Source: the human T2T-CHM13v2.0 reference genome, Homo sapiens
Length of the DNA stretch: 64,000 nt
NCBI RefSeq assembly: GCF_009914755.1
Contig: NC_060936.1
Strand: one strand, 5' to 3'
Shown here: piece after piece, positions 14,301 to 29,036 of the stretch
Position numbering within the stretch: the first letter of the stretch is position 1
Layout: each line of letters starts with the position of its first letter
Position numbers and translations under genes: made by a program
Notes under the pieces: generated by a model
What the model saw: only the letters and a program-made list of their open reading frames with translations
What the model was told of the DNA's origin: nothing
The model's database searches: none

Positions 14301-17300
14301 ATACTTTTATCATTAAATTTTCTTATTTTTTTTACTGTGATGCGAACTGTGGTTACAATTCCACAAATAAGAGCCAATGTTTTCCTTTGTCTTAGCTTAA
14401 CAATTGATACCTACAGAAATAAACACTACCAAGGGGAGATAGGGACACAGAACCAAGAGAAAATAACAATCAAGAAGTCCAGCTTTTCCTAAATAAGAAA
14501 GCAGATTCAAAGGAAAATGTAAATTAAAACAAGTAGAAATTTCTCCTCTCATTGTGAAAGTCTCCCATTATTTTTAGTTATAATAACAAACCTGAACTAA
14601 ATTAGCTTTATAAACTATTTTTAACTGCAGATATAACCACTTATAATATCTGTACTTCCTAAGTTGCACGGCCCAGTCACATTCATTATGATGTTTGATA
14701 GTGTGCTTGCTGTTCTTAATTTCTGCAGTAGGGGAAATGCTGTTTTTGAATTATATGAATTAAACTGAGAATTTGCCTAAATTGCCTAAATTCCAAGTCA
14801 GGATACACCTTAGCTATTAAGCTTTGAAAAAAGATATCGTAAACTCTTCAGGAGACTATCAGTCTAAAGGTTAAAAGCATTTGAAAAGTTTAATGTACCC
14901 ACCAAGAGTACCAGAAATCATTACTGAAAAAAGATGAATAGTCCAGATGGCGCTGTTTCCCAACAGCTGTTTTATGCACAACAGCGCTGTGTACCTGTTA
15001 ATCCCCATTGATATTTCTGACCCTACGCATTGCATACAATTACTATATACCAGTGATTTAACAAGCAATTAGGCTACAATCGTTTACTATTTTAAAACAT
15101 ATTTTTCACATTTTAAAGATTTTTATTAGCACCATTTATCACTATTGATTTTTCTTTACTGTTGCATGTTAAGATTTATTTTTTTTGCTTTGCATACAAC
15201 TTCCTTTTAATATCATTAATAAAATAAAATGGCTTTGGGAGTGGGAACTGAAAACTGGAATATCATTTCACTGGCATATCACTTTATTCATAGTAAGACT
15301 AGCCCATCAACCCTTCCCTGGTTCCTTGATTCAGTTTGTTCTGATTTGGTCACTTTCATAAGGCATCTATCTAAAAAGGTAAAAGAATGATCCACTCCCA
15401 GCCAAGTCCACAGAGCCTAAAACTCTTGTTTGAATGCAGTTTGGTGCCTGTGATGACATTTACGTAAGACTAGCTGAACTTGTAGCATGAATTCTGAAGA
15501 CTTGAAACCTCAACTTGGAAAACAACAAAGACCTTTAAGTTTGTTAGTCTTTAAGCCATATCTAAACTGTAAAGCAGGAAAAGGGGATGGGGAGAAGAAA
15601 TAAAATAAGAAAATAAACACTAAAGATGCTGCTTGTTCTTATCCTTACCTAATATCTCTCTTGTAGGAGTTCAAGAGAGCACCACAAGTCAGTTTCCTTT
15701 GAACAATAAATTTATACATTCATTTTCTCTTGTATCCCTCTTTGTATAGTTTGCTACCTTTTAGACTCATATGCATTTATTTCTTTACTCATTGGTAGTA
15801 GATTTTCTGAAATAATATTTGCTTAATACTATTTAATTTCCAAAGACTTTTCCTACTTTATCTAATTTCATCCTATCAATGATCCTGGGAAATGGCATGG
15901 CTTAGCAATCAGTTATGTTTTATAAATACAGCAATTGAGTCTCCTGAAGTCATTCAACAATGACTTTCTTGAGATCACTGGCATGAGTCACCAACTGCAT
16001 TTTATAGATGCAACAGTTGAATATCCTAAAATTGTTCAACAATTACTTTCTTGAGATCATGGGTAGACCTAGTGAGTACAGATTAGAACAAGGTTTATTT
16101 CTTGCATAATGAGCGCTCTTCCCAGGACACAACTATGCCAAATCATGTGGAAAAAAGTTCTGCATATGGAACTCTTAATGTCCTGACTGTCAGATAAATA
16201 TAAATGTTCTTTAACTTTAGTGTCTTCAGATTAGTTGAAAGACCATCATAAGAAAAACATCTACATGCTTATAGCTGTGTTTCTCAAATTGGCATACCAC
16301 GCTATCAAAGCCCCAAGGATTCATGTGACATATCCTTTTTAGTATCTTATTTTGTTTAAAGGATTAGAATATAAACTGTAAAGTTTGGAGTCAAATGTGT
16401 ACCTACACATTACATACATGTGCAACCAAAATCATCATGTGCTTTTTCCATGTGTGCAATTTTGAATTTTTAAGAATAAAAGTGCATAGAAATGAATTGT
16501 TTTATCATGTACCCAGAATACATTAGCAATGATTGTCACTGAGCTCATTTAGGAATAGTAAATTTTTTTGCTTAAAAAATATGTGTTTGAATACTTAGTG
16601 CAGTATGAATTTGTAGTAAAATAGGAATTATCCGAAAGCATACTCATAAGCTTAAGTAAAAGAAAGCACTGGTCATATATTTCAGAGATTACAAATTCAA
16701 TGCCGAACTACTGATTTTCTTTATGCGATAAAAGAAACTATGACAAAGTTTTATTAATTCATTGTTCCCCTTGAATGATTAAGAGTGACTTGTAAAGCTG
16801 GACACTCAGTCAGTAACTTCAATACAAAAAACAAAGTAATGTGTTTCTTGCACATGCCAGAATACTGCAATGAAATGAAGTTTGAGATTTAGATGAAGAA
16901 ATTTGTTCATGGGGAGTCAGTCAATTGCAACTCTTCCTGTATTTATATATTATGAACTTACAGTATCAGTGGTAAAATAAAGAATGTTCTCATGCAAATT
17001 CCTTCACAGAAGCCTTATGAGAAATATTTTCCTGTGACTATTAAAGAGACTGACCATTGAAACAGTTATTCTATCCAACTGCCAAATATATGAACAATTT
17101 AAACTGTAAATTGAAATACGCTGTCATAGAAATCTCCATCAGGTGTTGCCTAAGAACCTTGGTTCAACTGCCAATGGCATCGTAGTCATCTCTCCTCAAT
17201 GCTTAGTCTGATGTAGCTCATAAAGCAGCGAAAAATGTTTGCCATTTGTAGTCACATATCAACATAAATGTGAATTTATATTTAATTTGAGAAAAAATAA

Positions 17301-19179
17301 TCTGCCTAGATGCTGAACCTGACACAGAAGATCAGAGCTCTGGATTCAACTCAGTTTTCTGAGACTGATAGACTCAATTGCCCATTCACACACACAGTGC
17401 TAAGAAACCTGTTAGAAGCAATTGTTTCTGATGATAAGCAATTAAAATATTTAGTTTGTATAAAAAGTGCATGTATTATGAAGTAGAATACAATGTATAC
17501 ACATTTTTTAAGATAGGACCTAAGGCTTAAGAAATTTTATGCTTATTATAGGTCCCTTTAGACTATGTTCCTTGGCAGCTAGAAATATGTTACATTTTTT
17601 TTACCTAAGGGTTATTTCTATGTAAAAATCAAAGGTTCATTGTCTTAGTACCTTTGATCCACCTGAGAATTCCACAAGTTATTGGCTTATTTTTCTCTGA
17701 AAGACAAAATTGAATTATTGTTTGCTTTTTAAAATCCACAGTGAGAGCAAAGACTAAGGAATCAGATAAACATGAGTAGAATTCTTCAGTTACTACTTCT
17801 TAGTTGATGTCACCTTTGGTATGCATTTAACTTCTCCTGGTCATTTTCTTATCTATTGCTGAAATAATTGGACTGCTCTTCTCTAAGGATGAAAAGATTA
17901 ACATGAAGCATTTAGTGTACTACCTGCCAAGGGATATATACTTCCTCAGGGCAGAAATTTGGTTTCTCTTCTTTACCTCCCAGCACATAGAATAGTGCCT
18001 AGCAAGGGAGAGTTAAAAGTGTTTATCAAGACTGCTTGGAGACTTCCCTTAGGAAACTTAAGAGCTAAAATCCTCCCAGCTGCTGCTTTATTCCTGTAAT
18101 ATAAGGATAATCCAAAGCATAATCCTGCTAATGCTGCCATTAAACAAAATAAATCAGGGAGCTATTACTTGGATAAATTAGATCCTCACAGAGGCCTGAA
18201 ACCGACTACACTCAGAGCCCCAGTCCCAAGTCCAATTACAGTTAACAGCACTGTTTTGTCTGACCCGTTAAGTCTGACACCTGAGAGATAGGAGATGGAT
18301 TTGAGTGAAAGTCTGCCCCCAAACCATGGGCTGACCATAAAGTCTCACCCTTCATCTTCAGACTTCTTACATCCTAACTGTTGGGCAATGTAAGAATAAG
18401 GTATGGGCATAGTTGAGATTTTTGTGAGGGTGAGTTCATCAAAACTTAACATTTATGATTCACAAAACTTAAAACTGATATCTTCATGAGAAGTGAGTGC
18501 ATGCTGTCACCCTAAAGCTTTTCACTCCAGCAAATAAAATGTGTTCAGTAAATGTTTGTTGGATCGATGTTCAATGAATGAATGGTAGAGTCTCCATAAA
18601 TCATGATTAATATTATACTCCTGCTATTATCCTCATGTCTTTAAAGTGCTGATGAAGAAATAATGTTTTGTACTGCACTGTGCACCTGTAAATTCATAAG
18701 TGCAAACAACATCTTTAGAAATGGTGAACACTGGGATGAATAATGGGATCAGAGTCATATTTTAACTTTCTTAGCAAGTTTTGGCCTAACTTGATGTATA
18801 ATAGTGGAAAAATTTGGAATTTATTCAAAAAAGTTTAAGACCAGAACAAGATAAATGGCCTTGAATCTTTATGAAATTGAAGGGAAAATTATTAAACATA
18901 ATTGAAGTACATTTTTAACATTGAGGACATGGCAGATTAGTTGTAAAGAAGGCATTGCATGATCACTTTGATAGATGCCAACCCAGAAAAGTCATACTGG
19001 ATTACATTCAACATCCATTCCTCCTGGAAAGTTTTAGTACACTCAGAATAGATCCAAGCTTAGATAAGCATCATACTTTCAAAAGTTAAAAATGATAAGC
19101 ATTCTTATTAATGGTGGGGAAAAGATAGTATCTTCTATATTGATAATAAAGCTCTCTAATTAAACTTTGTTATGAAGTT

Positions 19180-20240
19180 ATTTTTTCAAGTGAATAATAC
19201 AATAATTAATACGATCCCAGAGAATTGACACACACACACACAAACAAATCAAAATAACAAGAATTTAGTAAAATAAGTGGTTACAAAGTAAACATTTAAG
19301 ACTCAGTACTTTAAAAATTAAAAAGAAAATATATGATCACCTAAATAGATACAGAAAGTGTAGTTAATAAAATGTAGAACCATTCATTTAGGAAAAAAAT
19401 AGAAATAGAAAAGAATGTCATTAACGTATAGCTAAAAACCTACAGAAAACATTACGCTTAACAGTAAACATTGAAAGTTTTTCCTTTGTAATCAGGAACA
19501 CACCAAAAATGGTTGCTATCACCACTTCCATTTAATATTGAAGTGGAAGTTTCTTAGCAGTGCAGAGTGACAAAAACAGCCACTACCATTATTTGCAGGT
19601 TACATGACTGTGTACATACAAATTTCAAAAGAATATGCATATGTTGTTAGAATTAATAAGAGTTAAAGATCTACTCATATATTATCAAATATGAATTAAA
19701 AGTTAGTACAAGATAGCATTTATGCCATACAAAATATGCCAAACCAAAGAATAACTCCAACAAAAAATATGCAAGACCAAACTAAATAGAACGATATACC
19801 ACATTCGTGAACTGAATGTCTTAATACTACAGAGATGTTAATATTCTCCAAATTGATTTCTAATTTACATACAGTACATTCAAAATCCTTACCTATTGGT
19901 TTTGTGTGTGGGTGAACTTGATAAGCTAATTCTAAAATATATTTAGGAGGCCAAAGGGCCTAGAATAGTGAAGAGCCCCCTAAAGAAAATGAGGTAAAAT
20001 AATCATTCTTCTGGATTTCAAGATGTACTATAAAGTTCCAGCTATTTAGGATAGTATAATACTGACACAGAGATAGACAAAGAGATAAATGCAACAAAAC
20101 GAGGAGGCCAGAAACAGTCTTGTGTATATACAGACCCTTGGTTTTGGACAAAGTTAAACAGTAAAGAAAAAAATGTCTTTGCAAGTTAAAAAATTGTTAC
20201 ATTAAACATTGTTCATCCCTATTTGGAGAAACCATATAGC
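19180..20240 (+). mobile_element. Ancient L1M ORF2 fragments
   Basis: Decayed L1 ORF2 motifs (atatgatcacctaaatagatacagaaa; gctatcaccacttccatttaatattg; tgataagctaattctaaaatatattt). Confidence 0.65.
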
Positions 20241-20449
20241 CATTTAAAAATATGATTTAATGCTATGTTCTGAATTAGAAAGATTGTTCAGTCATTCAAC
20301 AAATATTTTTGGATCACTTACTATGTACCAGTTACTATTAATTTTTCCCTGTAAAATATATTATTAAGTTAACAAAAACAAATTGCAACATTACATACAA
20401 TTGTGATTCTTCTCTAACTCTCATCTCACACAAAGTCAAAGTTCTTATG

Positions 20450-20915
20450 CAATTGTGCCCTTTAGGTCTTTGATTCCCTTCTTTCTCTACTGACTTTGTG
20501 TCAGCCACACTGCTGCTCATTAAACACTCTAGTCATTCATCTGCCTCTGAGCTTGTGGACTAGCTGTTGCTTCTGCCTAAAATGCATTTCATCAGAATTC
20601 CCATGGCCTACTTTCATGGCAAGTTAAGGTCTTTGTCAAATCATTCAGCTCATCTTTCAGTGAGATGAGCACTTTTCAGTGGGCATCCTATTTAAAACTG
20701 TAAAGCTATTATCTACCCCCATACTTCCTCTCCTTATTTCCTATTTTCTTTTATAATACATATTACTTTATCAAATTCTATATTTTTACTTGATTAATTA
20801 CCATCAGAATTTTAGATTATACAAACTCTAAAAGGGCGAAAAACTTCCATCTCTTCTGTTCATTGCTAAATCCCATCACCAGAATAGTACCTGGCATACA
20901 ATAGGAATAAGGACA
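20450..20915 (+). mobile_element. L2 3' end
   Basis: gctgttgcttctgcctaaaatgc...tctgttcattgctaaatccca..agaatagtacctggcatacaatagg is the L2 terminal motif. Confidence 0.65.
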
Positions 20916-21693
20916 ATGTGTGTGTCTATGTGTTTGCATGTCTGTATGTTTGCATGTCTCTGTGTTTGCACAAATATATAGAGAAAGTTCAAAAAAGAAT
21001 GATGTCAAACTGCTTACAGTGGTTATTTCTGGGGAGGAGCACTGGCCTCCTGTGGAGAAAAGAAAAAGGGAACCTTCCACATTTTACTTTATATTTTCCT
21101 GTGTTGCTTGAATTATATATGCTAAAATGCCAAGTTTTTAAATGTCCCTAAATCTCTTACATACAACAGGCAAATCAACCAGGATAGCAAAATCCAAAAG
21201 CTTGGACAACATTTATGACAAAACTAGGCAACAAGGTATACCCTAAGAACCATACAATAAAAGCAGGTGGAGGCAAACCATTAAATTACAAGATTTGTGT
21301 CGTATGAGCATTTGGACAGAAGGAAGCTAAGGGAAACCACAGGTACTCTGGCTGACCTGAGAGCAGTACTCCAAAAGAGTCAACAGTTATTTGTTGGAAG
21401 CTGAGCAGGCTAATTTGAGAAAAGCAGTTGAAATTGGAAGTACTTTTTGCATACTCTATTTCACAGGCAAGGGTGAGGGTTCTGTGGCAAATATAAAAAT
21501 ATTAGGCAATCTATGAATTCTCAACTGGGGCTTTCTTCCAAAAAAAAAGGTCTCTCTCACACTGAAGAGAAACTGTTGGACATATAATCCAAATTGCATG
21601 GACAAGAGATAATATTAGCAAAGGGAAAATCAAAGTCCAGAAAAAGTTGGAGGGAGGAGATCAAAGGAGAAATATCTCAGAATGTATTGTATG

Positions 21694-22049
<356 letters not shown>

Positions 22050-23248
22050 AAAATAATTTTTTTTTAATCACTATGTGACAGCAACAGATAGGAAAGCCCC
22101 AGACCGTAAAAAATCCTCTACTCCTTCCTGAAAGTTCAGGAATACTCATTTTATATAAAAATGAACAAGAAAAGTGACCATGGTTGAAAGTCATATAGAA
22201 TTATAACAAGAAAAAGATAAATAAGAAACAAAATAATATCCTTAAAAAAAGTGGGCCAGAAAGACATGCCCACCAAAAAGATAAACTGTATCCTTATATT
22301 TAATTGAGATAAAAGAAATGAAGAAAATGATAAATATGTGAAGGAACAACATAGACCACAATTAGGAAACCTCAGAAAGGAAGTGACTGAACCCAAGAAA
22401 GAATTAGAAATAAAAGAAAACATGATTTTACAAACAATAAGCTAGAAGAGACATGGGAATAAACAAACACAACAAAACACACAATGCCTCAAGAGAGAAG
22501 GTAAAAACAGAGAGGACTTTTAAAATAAAAAAGAAATAAAGGCACTGAAGATCCAATGTACATATAATAGTAGTCCCTGAGAAAAAGAAAATGAAATAAT
22601 ATATAAAACTATATCAAAACTAAATAGCATATTTAGTATTTTAACAAATACTAAGACTATAAGAAAAAAATTTCAAAAGTGAAAGGATTTGAAATTACAT
22701 ATTGAAAGGGCACTATTTAAAAAAATGACCCAGAAAAACCAATACAGAAGCATGTTTTAGAAAAACTACTGAACTTTGCAGAAAGAGAAACTTCCTTTAA
22801 GCATGTAGGCAGGAAGACTAACTCACTTATATGGTAAACAATTTACTATGTCATCAGAGTTTTGAACAGTAATCCTTTATTCCAGAAGAAAATAGAATAG
22901 CTTTATGGCACTCAAAAAGAAAATGTGAGCTAATGATGTTATATCAAGGCAAACTAACTTTCAAGTATAAAGGCCACAGACCAACTGTTGTCAGCTTACA
23001 AGAATTCAGAAACTTATTTCCTTGAGCACTTCTTAAAGAATTTACTGGAACATGAGTTTCAGATAATCAAAGTGACTGTAGAGATGTGGGCACAAAGACT
23101 GGTAGAGAGTTTAAAATTAAGTGAAGGTTATAAGAGAAACTGCAAAGTGTGTTTAGTATACATACTATATGATAGAGTTCAATTGTACTATACGGTACAG
23201 TTCAATTGTACTATACAATCGTAGGTCAATAAAAAAATGGAGGTGGGT

Positions 23249-23411
23249 TTAGACAGGCATACTGGCACATGCCTCTAACCCTAGCTACTCAGGAAGCTGA
23301 GGAGGGAAGATCCTTTGAGCCTAGGATTCAGAGGCTGTAGTGAGCTACTATCTCACCACTGTATTCCAGCCTGGGTGACAGAGTAAGACCCTATCTCTGA
23401 AAATAAAAAAA
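23249..23411 (+). mobile_element. Alu right monomer (FRAM/AluJ-like)
   Basis: Single arm ...gctactcaggaagctgagg...ccagcctgggtgacagagtaagaccctatctct followed by an A-tail. Confidence 0.85.
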
Positions 23412-24036
23412 GGAAGTAGGGGCTAGGAAGCACAAATTAAAAGTAGAATAAGCATACTGTTTGCTTTATGGTATTAACTGAGTTTAAAAGGGTAATATCA
23501 CAAGTCAGATACTGGAGAAAAGGGAACGAACAGTATGAAAAAAGAAGCTATTAGCTGATTTCAATATTGCTCTCAACAGAGAATGAATTAAAAATAAAAA
23601 AAGAAGAGGTAAAGGAAAATATAGAAATAAATTATTACACCATTAGAATGCAAACTTTCTTAAATACAAAAAAAAACCTTTAAAAAGCAGAGACAACAAA
23701 AATAAAAACACCAAAAACAAAGGAAAACAAATCAAAGAATGAAAAATATTTAATATAAAATACGTGTCTGTTAAATATAGTATTTAAGTATGCTACCTTT
23801 TTTAAAGATAGAAAAACATAAAAATATACAAAAATAAAATTTAAATTAAAAATTAAACAATGAAAGTTGAGCCATAAGTGTTAAAACTGTTTACATATAA
23901 GGAAAGGGAAAGAATAGGGTAGAAAGTATGGGAATAGCTACTAGGCTTCTTGGAATTTGCGTTACTTCTGGAATGTTGTAAATACTTTTAATAATTATAA
24001 GCTGGAATTAAATTTTTTAAAAATTCCCCCAAATAA

Positions 24037-24375
<339 letters not shown>

Positions 24376-24621
24376 TCACACAATATAGCAACTACAGTTT
24401 TATATTTCATCACAAGAGTTTCTTGTATGTTTATTTGCTAACAACTCCAGATGCAAACTTGAAGTTTATACAAATAACGTTTAATTGTTGGGCTCCAAAT
24501 AAACATACATGGTTCTTGGCTTTTTCCCCTCATACTGACAAACACAAGGAAACAGATCATAAATGAAATGAGTAGATGCAGAGGAGTGTCACTCACTATC
24601 TTTTCTTTTACATTTCTCTAG

Positions 24622-24811
24622 GAAAATAAAGGAAAGTCTGGAGTGTTTCCCTGTTAAATTGAATAACTTGATCCACACACTTGCACAAATGTCAGCCATA
24701 AGCCCTGCCAAATCTACTTCACAGACTTTTCCTCAGGAATCCTGTTTGCTGAGTACAACTAGGTCGATTGAAAGAGCAACAATTTTAGGGTTCAGCAAGA
24801 AATCCAGTAAT
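24622..24811 (+). CDS. PIK3C2G: PIK3C2G coding exon, kinase end, linker and start of PX: (K)KIKESLECFPVKLNNLIHTLAQMSAISPAKSTSQTFPQESCLLSTTRSIERATILGFSKKSSN
   Basis: Acceptor catttctctag|G and donor AAT|gtaagt; 190 nt = 1 nt + 63 codons. Completes the AA|G codon from the previous exon. KLNNLIHTLAQ corresponds to the last kinase helix. Confidence 0.95.
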
Positions 24812-25295
24812 GTAAGTTTAAAGTCCGTCATCTTGACTTACGTATCACTTGACTTTATCTCAGACTTCTCTTCACTATGCTACACAGCCTTTCTTATAGC
24901 ATAATTTTTTACTAAGCAAATGAAAAATAATTTACAATTTAAGCAGAAGTGTCATTAAGAGGATGTTCCAAGGAAAAATCATAACAACAAGACTATGAGT
25001 AGAGAACCATCAAAGAGAACAATTCCTGCCCTGTGGTAGAGTATAAATCAAGAACTAATTAAAATGTCCACAAGAACAGCAAAAATTAGGCAATCTGTTC
25101 CTAGCACATACAATTGTGATACTCTTAGATATTATTTATATTTAATTTTGCCTTTACAAAATGCATCTCCTAGCTTTTATGATAATGTTTTGCAGAAAGG
25201 TACTTCCTTTGTTTGGTTTACATAAAATCGGGTTTTAGAGTGTATCACAGGCTGATATTGCCATCTTTTGATTTCTATCTATTTACTTTCTGCAG

Positions 25296-25417
25296 CTGTA
25301 TCTGATCCAGGTGACACACAGCAACAACGAAACAAGCCTGACAGAAAAATCATTTGAGCAGTTTTCAAAACTTCACAGCCAACTTCAGAAGCAGTTTGCA
25401 TCACTGACTCTCCCAGA
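25296..25417 (+). CDS. PIK3C2G: PIK3C2G coding exon, PX domain: LYLIQVTHSNNETSLTEKSFEQFSKLHSQLQKQFASLTLP(E)
   Basis: Acceptor tactttctgcag|CTG and donor AGA|gtaagg; 122 nt. PX signature F..F..LH..L...F; phases are compatible. Confidence 0.94.
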
Positions 25418-28400
25418 GTAAGGCACTGTCCTTTTACATTGTTTTGCCTTCAGTACTTGTCCTTGAGCAAAAAGAAAAATTATGGTTATGGGATTTTCTA
25501 TTTGTGAGAAACACAGTATTCTGACTCCAATGCCATTGAATCTATCCCAGCAGAGAGTCTGAATTGCTCTCAGAGTGAAGAATCTTTTGTCTCATAAAAC
25601 AGAACAAGATTTGCAATTTTCTTTTTACTTCCAGTCATTGATTTTGTAGACAGACAATTTCAAAAGCTACTTCGTTTTTCTTCGATTATTGGGAAAATAG
25701 TCTCATTTGCCTGTTTTTAATTTAATCCTCTTAGTTATTTTTTATAAAAATACAATTGAAATTGAAATTGCAGAAGAAAATTGGATATGTTTACTTTTTC
25801 AACAAATAACTGTAATATAAAGCCTATATATACACATAGGCTTATTAATATACATATTTAATTATATATAATTATATATGCTTATTATATATTTAATTTC
25901 AATACCAGAAAAAATGTAAATGTATTTATATCAATTCATATGTTACTAACTCATTTTGTGCCATTGATTTTTAACTTTTAAATTATTAACTTGCATTATC
26001 TAAATTGAATTTGTTATTTTGTTCATTTTGAAGCCATCTTGAAAATCATTATTTTCATTTATGTTGTAATGGAAAAATGTTAAACATAAGCAAACTAAAA
26101 ATATCATTAAAATAACTGCTGTTCAAATAACCCTTCAAAAATTCATCACTTAGAAGCAGTCAAATTTTGATCATAGACTTCAGTCTATAAAAAAGGTGTA
26201 TCTTGATTTTAAAAATGTGAGCTTTCCAGAAATCATGATATTGCATTTAGGTTAATCAGATGTTTTATCTACAGTGAGATTTTTGTTAAGTAAAGTAAAT
26301 GGTCCTTTTATGATGTAATTGTTTATACTTTACCTGGCATACTTGATACATGTGGATTTTTACTCGGCTTTCAGGATTTAGTCACCTTCCAAAATATAAA
26401 TATAAGCAAAGTTAGTGCATAGGGAGATATTGCACAATATTAAAAATTGAGTAGTTCACATTCATGAAAAAAAAAACTGTACTGGCATATGTAACAGGGA
26501 TTTTTGAAATTCAGATGCTTTGAGCATCAGGAAGTCCAGAAATTAAGAGCATACTCAAGAGACTGAGAGGGAGGCAAAGTCATTCTGGCAACTTTTAGAA
26601 GGAACATCAAGTTTTAGAATTATCACAAAATCTGATAGAATAACTGAAAAAAAGAGACACAGGCAAAAAAAAGCTCAACGTTTGGCTGCAAATACCACAT
26701 TCAACATCAATGTTTGCCATGATACCCTACTAATTAATAATTGAGAAGAATATGTTAATCTTTGTTTAACGGCTATCCTTTTTTGGTTTCAAAAATGTCT
26801 CTGTTCTACACTGTACCTCACCAATACATATCAGTATAACTTGTAAAACTTTAAAAATTCTAATAATCTATCTCAATTGGCCTCTTTTCAGTTTTCAGCT
26901 TTTGTTAGGATTCTGCTTTGCTCATTACTGCTGCCTGGAGGTTCTTACATTGATTTTCAAACTGTGTAAGCAACCTGTGGAGGCAAGGAACATTTTGTCC
27001 TATGTTCCCTGAACACTGTTTGCATGCTGACACTCACAAAGGGGCCCAGGCTTACAGTGATGCACATAAATGAAAGATGAAGATTCCCTATGACTTCTAA
27101 AATTACTGAGAGAAGCCCTACGAGAGTTATGTAAATGTCATCTGGAAGGCATGATCAGAAAGTCAGAGTCATGAAGAATGAAATTCTAATCAGTTCATAC
27201 CATCTAACAGTGGACTTCAAATCAGCTATTTGTGTTTCTGGGTAACTTCCAGGGGTACACGACATGAAAATATTCCTTAAAATTAATAATCTTTTTTAGA
27301 AAAGTAATATGCTTGGCGAGAGTTGACTTTCTTCTCCCAACCATCCAAAATTTTATTTTGGTACACTGATCAGGCTATAGAAACTTCTGAGGACAAGACA
27401 AAAGGGCAAATCAAAATATTGGTGTTGGTATTGAGAAAATGAATTACTCTAATAATGAAATATCAAATCAAATCTTTGTCAGATGTTTTCTAATCTTTGT
27501 TGTGAATGAAATTGAGGGAGGATATGATGATACTGTCAGACAAAAGGTCATTAAAAAGTAATTTTCAATAACTGCTGTATTTGACATATAACTCGAAGAA
27601 GTTTCAATTAAATGACAGTATTATAGAACCATTCCTCAACTTTCATGTACTCATTTATACATAAGATGTTTTAGTACATATATCTATAAAAATATTAACA
27701 AAATAGCAGAATTGACGTAGACTTCTGTTTTGTTCTATCAACAAGGAAAACTCACACGGACATGTGAATTAATACTTAAAACCAGCCTAATCTCTCATTT
27801 ATCAAATTCATTTCTCCCAAAAAAACTATGCATATATGGATATGTAGAATATAGATCTATCTCTCTACCTACCTATCTATCTATCTTCTATGCTATATGC
27901 TCAATTGATTGTATACTGGTACTAATTTTCATGATTAAATTTGGATAAAAATTTTAAAGACTTTTAAGTCTTAGGGTCTGCAAGAGACTTAAAAAAATAA
28001 AATGTTCATTGTTAAAATATACAAGCATAGAGTTTTGGACTTTCCTGACATTTCCAACAGTAATCAGTGGGGTGGCATGAAATTATCACATACATCTTTA
28101 TCTTTGCTGACTGTCCTTTACTATCCTCCATGTTCATTTCCCCTCCAAGCATGGTAGCCAAGCCGTGGTTCCTACCAAAGAAGCAGAAGTGTGGATGAGG
28201 CAGCAGTATGATTGGAGTCAGAGGAGGCTGCTAGGTAGTTCCTAAAAGGGTATACGTAGACAGCAAGATATGTTACCAAATGCTACCCATTACCAGTCAT
28301 CCCACCTAATAATTGGTCTTAATGAAGTCCAACCCATCAAGATGAATCATCAGATTGTGCAAAGGAAATTCTGCAAATAGTCAGACTCTTGGGGAAAGTG

Positions 28401-28867
28401 TTACTATTTTCTAGAAGGCTAAGAGCAGATGGACGCATATGTCACTTGCTAAAATGCTTAATTTAGTTAGTGTAATGGTGTCTCTAGTGAACCCAGAAGA
28501 AACAATAGAATCTGAACCTTTTTAAAAATTTTGAACCATTAACTTCAGACAGTCTTTTTTTAAGACCCCACATATATTTAAAAGACAAAATGTGTGGTCT
28601 GCCATAAATATAGTAAGAAGGGACATATAAATGAATTTAATGTGTCAAATTAAATTAAGTTAGTATTAATATTAATGACCATTAATATGGCATGAATGAC
28701 CACAGCCATATTAATAAAATTCTGAGGATTAATCACGTAGACTATGACTTTTTCAAATGTTTTCATTGGCCCTTCCATCTGATACAGCTGTAACTACATG
28801 AACAATCTTAAGATGAAAAGGCCAGTTTTCAAACTAATGAAGATAACTTTTTTTTCTCTTAAAACAG

Positions 28868-28976
28868 GTTTCCTCATTGGTGGCACCTACCTTTTACAAA
28901 TTCAGATCACAGAAGATTCAGAGATCTAAATCATTACATGGAACAGATATTAAATGTATCACATGAAGTTACAAAC
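28868..28976 (+). CDS. PIK3C2G: PIK3C2G coding exon, PX domain: (E)FPHWWHLPFTNSDHRRFRDLNHYMEQILNVSHEVTN
   Basis: Acceptor ttttttctcttaaaacag|G and donor AAC|gtatgt; 109 nt = 1 nt + 36 codons. Contains the LP.FP loop and R...L..Y PX helix motif. Confidence 0.94.
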
Positions 28977-29036
28977 GTATGTTATAATTAATTTTTCTAT
29001 TTTTACATAAAACATCAACTATTTTATATTTTATTC

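Noticed and set aside
24659-24904. 81-aa ORF
   Set aside because: It is exon 24622-24811 plus intronic read-through past the gtaagt donor.
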